DNA from: Amoebidium appalachense
Taxonomy: Eukaryota; Protista; Ichthyosporea
NCBI GenBank assembly: GCA_963693365.1
Contig: CAVNZM010000001.1
Coordinates: forward strand, 18,524,783 to 18,588,782
DNA: 64,000 bases
Direction of reading: 5' to 3'
Positions 46,228 to 64,000 of the stretch are shown here, in pieces. Positions within the stretch are counted from its first letter, which is position 1. The number at the start of each line of letters is the position of its first letter. A model generated the notes under the pieces. It saw nothing but the letters and a program-made list of their open reading frames with translations, made no database searches and was not told where the DNA came from. The position numbers and the translations under genes are program-made.

Positions 46228-46411
46228 TTGGGATGGGTTTCCTTGCGCAAACCACGGCACAAAAGAAAAGACACGGGGTAGCACATTGAGGAGAGGTTGG
46301 GAGGAAAGAGGTGGGGGAGGGGGGGGGGGGGGGGGGGGAAGGGAAGGAGAGAGTGGGCACTTGATATGAACGGTGTGTCGGGAAAACAGAGCGAAACGAA
46401 GGGCTCACACC

Positions 46412-46483
46412 ACCGGCGGTGTGCACGGAGGCAACTGATTGGCCGCCAACTCCCTGCTGGAATGTGTCGCCTATGGCCGCATT
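46412..46483 (+). pseudogene. Inverted, decayed 72-nt fragment of the fumarate reductase last exon
   Basis: [23 protein letters not shown]; the Arg codon CGA has become TGA (46436-46438). Confidence 0.85.
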
Positions 46484-47010
46484 AGGTAGGGCCCATAAAC
46501 GATTGAATTAATCCCTCCATGTCCTGCAACTGCAAAATGCACAGAAAAATGTGCTACAGGACAGTGCCTTGACTCACATGGATGAACCGGACGACATATA
46601 TGCAAATTCTGTTTGGATCAGTGTGTTCCCAACGGACACGAAGTGTTAACAGATGATACGCAGGATTCTCATGAACCTTGGGGGGGGGGGGGGGGGGGGT
46701 TAAGGGCGATTGCGTTTCGCATATCATAGCACAACCACAGGCAACCGGCGGAGGAAGTTCGGGAATGTGAATTTTGCGCATGCGCAGGTTTCACCAGCGA
46801 GGCTCAACTCAAATTATCTCAATGATCCAGATAAAAAGATAAAAAAGATATCAAAACTGATTATCTTTCATAAATAAAGCGAAATAGATGCATAAAACCA
46901 ACTAATTGATCCGGTTCCTTCAATGATTAAATTTGAAAAATCGTGCTATAGACCAAAGATATTGTATTCTGGCTAAAACAAATGCAGACACTTTACAGCA
47001 AGGAAAACCT

Positions 47011-47928
<918 letters not shown>

Positions 47929-47956
47929 CTGTGTGAGAAAGTGTGTGAGCCTCACC

Positions 47957-48123
<167 letters not shown>

Positions 48124-48430
48124 TGTCATACGTGGGAAGGGGGGCCTAGGTGTCGTACGAGAACACTCTGTCAAGGGGTATATATGATTGTTCCAAATTG
48201 AATGCGGTTCGATCAGATTAGCCATATAATAAAATCGTTTTTGCGAAAGAAGGCCCTACGTCAGAGCTTCCAGAATTCGAAGCTGAGGCCGAGCGGCAAG
48301 GTGCGTGGGCCAGAGGGTTCATTTTCGAAGTTCATTTGCAGAGTTGCCGGGCTCTGGCGGCCGCATGCACTACATTACTGTTTACTTAGGGTTTCCTGAT
48401 TTTGAAACGGGGAGGGGGGTAGTAGTAACT

Positions 48431-48461
<31 letters not shown>

Positions 48462-49311
48462 GGGGGGGGGGGGGTACTCACCAATTTGGACAGATGGGGG
48501 GCAGGGGGAGATCCAGCCACCCCTCCAGCCAGCGGGGGGCAGGGAACGGGGGGGAGAGGGGGGGGGGGGGGGGGGGTTCCCCACCACCCACATAAGAAGG
48601 TGGTTCCCTTCCCCCCTGGGGGGGGGGGGGGGGGGGGGGAGGGGGGGGGGGGGGGGGGGGGAGGGGGGACCCACCATCCACATCAGAAGGTGGTTCCTTT
48701 TCCCCCTTAGAGGGGGGCGGGGGCGGCGGGGGGGGGGGGACCCATCCACCCCATATAGGCTGTCATCATGTGACTAAACCAGGTATTATACCTGATACGA
48801 CATAATGGTTTAGAAGTGGTTTACATACACTGCCAAAGTATACCCCCCTCCCCCCCCCAGCCCCCCTAGGAATCTCATTTGCTCAACTTATCCCAAACTT
48901 CTTCTCCTGCTCTCTGCCCCTTCCCCCCCTACTCACCACCAAAAACACTACTCACCACCAAAAACACTATCACACACACACACACCACCACCACCAAAAA
49001 TTCCCCTCCTTGCATTTTTACCCCCTACGTGCCCGGAGGGCCTATCCCCCCTCCTCCCCCCTTCCCCCGGCCCAACACACACATCGATAAATGACACTCC
49101 TGCACACCTCTTTCAATTATTCCCCTCTCCCCCCCCACCCCTCTCCCCCCCCCACCCCCTCTCTCTTCCCCCTCCCCTTCCCCTTACGTGTGACTGTCCT
49201 TCGACCCCGGGAAGCCCAACCCCCCTCGGAGAGATCGAGATTTCCAAAAAATGTTTGGGAATTTCTCAAACTTTTTTTCCGGATTCACAAAGAACCTCTG
49301 GGGAATGGGGG

Positions 49312-49355
<44 letters not shown>

Positions 49356-49511
49356 TGGAGGAGAGAAGGGAGGGGGGGGGGGGGGGGGAATGAGAGGAGG
49401 GGGACTCGAGTGGGTAAAGTGAACTGTGGGTGAATATCGGGTGCCCATGGCGGGAGGGCGGGGCCGGGGGCCGGGGGCTGGCTAGCCGAGGGCCGGGGCT
49501 CGGAGGGGGGT

Positions 49512-49544
<33 letters not shown>

Positions 49545-50699
49545 CTTTTTGGGGGGAGACCGGGAGGGGGGGGGGGGGGGGGGCTCGAGTTTGCGGGCCG
49601 TGCGTCACTGGGGCCTGGGGCGATAGGGGATGGTGGGTAGGGGAGGAGGGCCGTGCCTGTTTATGCTTTTGTGCACGCTCAAATGCTTTCCCAAAGATTT
49701 TTTGGCGAATCCCAAACAATCTGGAACGTACCCCCAAGTTTCAAACACAGAATTCAAACCCTGTCTGAGGCCCCCTTCTCTCCCCCCCCTCCCCCTCCCC
49801 CCCCTTTCTCCCCCCCCCCCCCCCCCCCCCCCCAAAAATAAAAAGAAGAAAAAAACAATACATGGACCACCAGTTGCTCCTCTTTCAGCCCTTCCTCCCC
49901 CCTTCCCCTGCCTTTCCCTCTCTTCCACCTCCCCCCCTCCCCCTCCCCTCCCCCCCCCCCCCCCCTCCAACCCCCTCTCTCTTGCCCCTCCGTTTGAGTG
50001 TCCCTTGATCGTTTTCAATCCACTCCCACCAACTACAACATCCCCCCCCCCCCCCCCCCGGGGCAACCCCCCCCCCCCCCCCCCCCGCAACCACCCCCCT
50101 TCCCCCTCACACACACACACACACACCCCTCCCCTAGCCCTTCGCCACCCTCCCCACCCGCAAATTAATCAGTAACGGTCCCATATGTGACTCTTTCGAG
50201 CCTTCCCCCCCCCCCCCCTCCCCCCTTCTCTCTCTCTCCCCCCCCCCCCCCCTCCCCCTTCTCTCTCTCCCCCTCCCCCCCACTCCCCCAACCACCAACC
50301 CCCTCCCCCCCCCACCTCCAAATCCCCCCCCCCCCCCCCCCCATCCCCTCACCTTCCCGCAATGACGTGAAAGGATTGCCTCGTGCTCCTCTTCTACCCC
50401 CCCCCCCCCCCCCCCCATCCCCCCCCCCTTCCTTTCCCTCCCCACCTCCATCCCACAGCAAAAAACGGCCACATTTCTTCGACTTTTTTCAACGCCCCCC
50501 CCCCCCCAAACTGGTACCCCAACACTCTCCCCCCTTTCCCTCCCCCCAATCACAATTTCCCCCTCCCCCCCTCCCCCCCCCCCCCCCCTCTGCCACACAC
50601 ACACATGCACACACCCTGACAAAAAAATAAGTGACTCCCACTAACACCTCTCCCCCCACCCCCCCCCACCCCTCCCCCGCCACCTCCCCCCCCCCCCCC

Positions 50700-52920
<2,221 letters not shown>

Positions 52921-53566
52921 GTGGTGTGAGGTTTTTGGGGGGGAGGGGAGGGGAGGAAGGGGAGTAGCGGGTTGTGTGGGCTAGTATGTTTTTTTTTTTT
53001 TGAGGGTTGGCCCCGACCCCAGGGGGGAGGGGACGGAGGGAAGGTTACTGCAACAATTCGGTTTCGGGTGTGTGTGTGTGTGTTGGTGGGTGAGTGTGTG
53101 TAGATAGATGTGTGTGTGTGTGTGTCAGCGGGGTGGAATTTGGAGGGGAGTTTCTGGGGGAGGGCTGAACCTAGCAGTGAATCGTGAACTCTTGAAGCTG
53201 GGTTGATAATGTTGTGCTTATTCTCTCCCAATCGTGCAAATGTCTTAGGAGGACTCGTGTGTCAGTGCACACGCGCACTCGCACACATATACGGACATAC
53301 GCAAAATAGACACACACACGGTCCCCCCCCCCCCCCCCCCCCCCCCCTTTTTTTTTTTTTTCCCCCTCTGACTCCCCACCAGCCTCGGCAGCCCCGCTAA
53401 AATCACGAATGCTAGATGCTTAGAGGTTACGGCTCGCGACACTTCAGTGTGAAATGATAATATGTTGCTGTTAACGGTTTTTTTGTACAGAAATAATAGT
53501 GCTACATAGTGTCTAGTAAATGTTATGTGTATTTAGTTCCTGTGTGCATATGTGTGTCACAGTGTT

Positions 53567-53649
<83 letters not shown>

Positions 53650-54685
53650 CTGTCGATGTGTGTGCACGTGTTCGTGATTTGTGGAAAGGGGAGGGGGAGG
53701 GGGGGAGGGGGAGGGGAGAAGGGGGGGGGGGGAGGGGGGGGAGGGAGGGATAGGAGAGGCAGGGGTGGGACAACCCTTCCAACCAGGAATGAAAAAACGA
53801 TGAAAAAAAAGTTTTTAAAAAGCAAAAAAAATGTAGGGATGTTGGCCCACTGATATATGGCGGTAATTGTAATTAAATCGCGTTCGTTCTAAGAGCTAAT
53901 CGGACCCAACCCTCCCCCCACCCCCCACCCCCCTCCAGCTCCACCCCCCCCAATTTAAATCAATCGAGCCTCCCTCTCTCTCTCCCCCCTCCCCTCCCCG
54001 AAATTTTCTCATTTGATGAGCCATGCAATCGCGACTCCCCCTCTCCCCCTCCTCCGGGCCATCCCCCCTATCCCCCCATCTCTGCGAAGAAGCTAAAGAA
54101 ACGGATCATTCTCAGTAGAAAAAAAGAAGAGAAGCAAACCGTATGAACTTTGTTGTAGAATTTTGAGGAAGAAAGAATGGAGTGGAAGGGGGAAGGAGGG
54201 GGAGGGGGGGGGGTTCAGGATATTTGGTCGGGGGAAGGGGGGGAAGGGGGGGGGGGGGGGGGGGGGGGAAGGGTTCAGGATATTTGGCCTAATTTCTGTT
54301 TTATCTATCCTCTACGGTAGGCTGAATTTCTAATAGAACGTGTCCTCCTATGAAATCTAATTGTTCTAACTATTCCTCCCCCCCCCCCCCCCCCCCCCCC
54401 CCCCCACACACACACCCACCCCCCCCCCCCCCCCCCAAAAAAAAAAAAAACATTTTTGCGTGTGCTTGTGGCCCCCCGTCCCCCGACCAAATATCCTGAA
54501 CCCCTCCCCCCCCTCCTTGAGGCTCGATTGACTTAAGTTGGGGGGGGGAGCTGGAGGGGGGGGTGGGGGGTGGGGGTTCAGGATAGTTGGCCAGATTTCT
54601 GTTGTATCTATCCTCTACGGTAGGCTGAATTTCTAATAGAACGTGTCCTCCTATGAAATCTAATTGTTCTGACCATTCCTCCCCC

Positions 54686-55541
54686 TCACCCCAAGACCCC
54701 CACGGCACAACACCGGCAGATAGCCAACACGGCCACCTCCCAGTGCGATTGGCTCAAGTGGATCGGAGGGCAGCCCGGCCCACCTGACTCCGAGGACATC
54801 ACGTGGGTCATACGGGGTTTCTGCCCACGATCCGTGGGGCCCCAACTAACAGACCTCGGCACCTCCGAGCCCACAGCACGTGCCATTTTTGCCAAAATAA
54901 CCGTAGAACTGCAAACTTTCTTCTATACTAAAATATGGACACCACGTAACACGACCCTCCCACCCACACACCCCAATATGCACAAACACAAACACTCAAA
55001 CACCACACGCAAACAGAGACGTAGAGCCCCACCGAAACCCAAGGCACCCACACCCACACAGCCCACACACACACAGGCAGCATGCCCAACCTGCAGACAC
55101 ACACATAGACCAAACCAACCATGCAACCCTAGACTCTTAGATCATTACACCGTAGCCACCCAATATGTACAACACCACATACTTTTAGGCAGCCACCCAC
55201 CACCATCAGACCCCACCATACACCACTATCCCCCGTAAACCCACCCACACCACACCACACATTCCGCCACTTTTGATGAACCAATGAGAGCCCAGTTTTC
55301 AAGTTTATTCGTAGGTTCTGAGTGGAGGGGAGGCCTGGTGCTACCCACCGGCGTGGCCGGGGTTGATACCCAGGGCAAAGTGTGTACATATAGTTAGGAT
55401 TGTTATAGGTGTGTTAGTTTAGCTAATAGCATCGTAGCACCCTAGCTAGAGTACTGTCGGTGCTGGGTGGAAGACGGTAGTTCCCCTTGAGGGCCCCTAG
55501 GGGCACCTCCGGGAACAAAACGGGATTAAAAAAAAAAAAAA
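54686..55541 (+). mobile_element. 5'-truncated non-LTR retrotransposon (LINE) with poly(A) tail
   Basis: ORF2-like C-terminus (...WVIRGFCPRSV...LQTFFYTKIWTPRN), structured 3' UTR, and A14 tail 55528-55541. ~16-bp TSD TGACCATTCCTCCCCC (54670-54685) / TAACTATTCCTCCCCC (55542-55557). An uninterrupted copy of the target lies at 54271-54455. Confidence 0.78.
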
Positions 55542-55936
55542 TAACTATTCCTCCCCCCCCCCCCCCCCCCCCCTCCCCACCCCCCCCCCCCCCCCCCCCC
55601 GCCCCCCCCCCCCAAAAAAAAAAAACATTTTATGTATTATGTATATTATGTATTTTCTGTATTACTATAGTAAATAAGTCTTGTTAGGAACAGGCTGGGA
55701 TAATTCTTGTTTGCCCCCCATGGGGATGTATTTGATGTTTCAAAGTCAGGCTCATATATTTTAAGTTACCTAAAATGAGAAGGCATTAAGAACTCTCGAA
55801 CTTTGAAAAGTAGACAATAAAAACTAACCAGTTGATCCGGTTCCGTTTCAGTATAATGCCATTGTTAGTTTAAATCTATGATTTAAAGAATGTGTTAAAT
55901 GTATCCACCGCAGACACTTTAAAACAAGGAAAACCT

Positions 55937-61236
<5,300 letters not shown>

Positions 61237-62347
61237 TTTGGCGGGGAACTGTGTGCACAAAACACAAGAAGGGGAGAGTTTGGAATGAGCAAGGTCGGTC
61301 TCGAGGAGATTATTTATATCCTTGTCATGAACGGCGGCTTTGCGTGATTGGCTGGATTCGCAAGGAAGTTTTTTCCCCCTACACCGATAAAGGGAGTTCA
61401 TGATCACTGAGTTCTGCATGCAGTCTCCAACGCGATTCAACGCTGACTAGCGTGTGAGAATCAGTGTGGCCTTGATAACATGTGCCTATAAAAGCCGAAA
61501 AAGTTTACAATGTTAAATAATCAGCCCTAAAGGCTAAGAGTAGAAAAGGTATCTGGGTTTCCGCTGTAGACAGGTGCGAGTCCATGCAGTTGGTCTCTGG
61601 AGTTTGGGGAGATCTTTGGTTCAAACTTCGAATTCCAGGGCTTTCGATCGCGGTTTCGCTTCGAGATAGGTAGCACAGCACATAAATGAGAAAAAAGAAA
61701 TCCTCTGCATGGAAACACATAAAGCGAACCACTAACAGTCTATAAAAAGTTACTTTCACGACCATTACACTACTGGTATAGACATAGGGAATGGATAAAG
61801 CTACCGAGTACTGTGTCCCAGTGCTCGCCAAGTCGAAGACCGAAGTCTGCCGGAACTGGTGCCATTTCATTGGCCCGAAAGAATATTCAAAGGCTTTATG
61901 TCATTTGTCATTGATGGATAATGCACCGCTTTGGAATTGCCCAAAAAAGGCTAGACGAGAATGGGGCTGCGTCGGAGTTCAAAGCGCACTCAGTATGCTG
62001 GTGCGTCTAGCTATAGCTATGACGTAGCTGATGGTTGCGCAAGCGATGCCTAGCCTTGACCACGGCGTGTATGATCTTGCCGGACTGACATCATTGATGG
62101 GGGGTTTATGCACTTTGTATTGCTGCGGACATCGTCAGGGGCCCAAAGACCAATGCACCCCTATCCGTGCAGGTCTATCCGTTCTCCTTTCCCCAATGAG
62201 GCACAAAGCCTGGCAGACAATAGTAGGGCCGGCTGTAGGCCACTTACGTAAGCCAGCGAGTACAAAGCCTTGGAGACTACTCATGCAAGGAGTCCCTCCA
62301 TCGGCGCCGACCCCCATCCCATCCCCCTCCCCCCCCCCCCCCCCCCC

Positions 62348-62378
<31 letters not shown>

Positions 62379-64000
62379 ACCCTCCCCCCTCCCTTCCCCG
62401 CCTCCTCCCAAAACCTACCCGCTTTCCGTATGGTTCATCCTAAGCTGCGAAAAATGCTGTATCGTTGAGCAAAACTCTGCACACATGCATACACGAACAC
62501 AAACTTGCGCACGCATACATGTACACACATGCACAACAAGCCAGCAGAGGGATGTAGCACATCGAGATCGCAAGCACACACCTGCACACAAAAACGCGTG
62601 CGCACACACACACATGCACATTCTTTCGCTTTCGCACGACCATGGTCAAAATTCCCGGTCCCTGTGCTGAACTTCCGGCGTTACAGAGCGCGAGCCCTTA
62701 CTCATTACTCACGCCGCCACGTTCGCGCTGTTCTGCTTGGCACAGTTGACAAGTATGTCAAGAGTGTGCCACAAATCACACGAGTGCGACGATTCATATT
62801 TACGGGACGCTAATGCCCCACATGAGTCTAGGTATGAGCCTGTGAGACCGCATGTCCCATGGCGGACGTGCATGCGTGCCCATGCTTTGGTCGAGTCGAA
62901 CCTGATGTTTTCCTCTTGCTCAACCTGAAAGCGTTTGGTTGAACATGCTTACATGGACCCTGACCGGCAAAAGAGGGTTTGTTGCAAGTAAAGTAAGTGA
63001 CCCCCTTAGGAAGACGTCACTGAGCTTCTAGGCTTTTGCACACTGATATGCCGCCACGCCGCCAGATAGATCCGAATATTAATGAACGCAGTTGCACTTG
63101 CTTTTCGAATGAACGCAGTTGCACAGGAGGTGTCTGGTGCCGTAAACTGAGGGCGTGCACGGAGTGGGAGGAACAAAAAAAAAAAAGTCCCCTCTCTCTG
63201 TCTCACTCCCGCCCAAACCTCTCCCTATCCCCATACTCCAACCCTACGTAGTATACCTCCCCCGCTTGGTTCAGCCTTGTGTGAGCGAGGAGCCACTGGG
63301 TCGGTATGATGTTCAGCTGATGCTGCGTAAACCAATCAGATGTAGCATTGATGCGATTTCGCCCAATCACAACTTAGACCTTTCGTAAGGCTTAGGCAGT
63401 CCGACAGAGCTATCTGCTATATCTCCTATTCTCTCTCAGTGCAGTGTGTTTTGCATTGCTGTGAACGATGAAGTGGACACTATTTAGTTTCTGTAGCCTT
63501 ATACCTATGGTTCAGTTAACACAGTTTAGAAGCAGGGCTTGTCATCTTGTTTCTGAAAAGTAGTCTTAAAAGGTGCAACGCTCACCATCTGGCAAGCCAC
63601 GGCCCTAAAGCGACACCTAATATTTACTAGTACCTTTGAGCTCAGGAGTAGAGTGATACTGTAAACGGGTTTCCAAGTGCAAAATGGAGAAAGGGGACAT
63701 CGAGGAGGATAAGCTGCAAATCAGCTACCATGTACCAGACTTTGTAAGTGCCTGGTTGTAAAGGTGTTCGCTAAAATGATTTGTGAACGTTCATGCTTGA
63801 ACAGTTTTGGGTTGCTCCTCGGTGCTTTGCTCTTGACTCTTTCCCTCGCATAATCACGAGCGAATCCTCTTTTAGGTCCCAGGGCACCGAAAATCTTCGA
63901 GCTCTGCCTTCTGCCCATCCAAGCACACACCTTTTCCTCCACCCCCCTTCTCTCTTAACCCTGAAACTCACCCCCCTCCCTCCCTTCCCTCCTCCCCCGA

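Noticed and set aside
61500-64000. Short ORFs upstream of the fumarate reductase and at the window end
   Set aside because: No recognisable motifs or consistent exon chain; cannot be supported from this window.

Overview
Eukaryotic nuclear DNA with GT-AG introns full of long G/C homopolymers and (CA)n/(GT)n/(CT)n microsatellites. Most entries in the ORF track are microsatellite artefacts. By splicing exons by hand I recover five intact genes: the 3' part of an M1 puromycin-sensitive-type aminopeptidase (1-6028, +), an acidic ribosomal stalk protein that resembles plant-type P3 (13911-15935, -), a divergently transcribed ankyrin-repeat gene (17174-22388, +) whose exon-6 donor site is amplified 12 times in a 60-nt array, an unknown ~140-aa protein (25739-29728, -), and a soluble FAD fumarate reductase (55937-61236, -) whose last two exons are duplicated ~8 kb downstream. 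Also present are a multi-pass membrane ORF, an orphan threonine-dehydratase exon and two paralogues of a small secreted Cys-pair prepropeptide (43180-43371 intact; 34671-34849 frameshifted). Mobile DNA includes a decayed tyrosine-recombinase (DIRS/Ngaro-type) retrotransposon with split direct repeats and a nested LTR remnant, a 5'-truncated LINE next to its empty site, a hAT-like element and a foldback-like MITE family built from 15-bp palindromes. The host cannot be determined from this window. An animal-type tRNA-iMet primer site hints at a non-land-plant host, possibly a unicellular holozoan (inference only). All family assignments are from motif recognition; no database searches were run.
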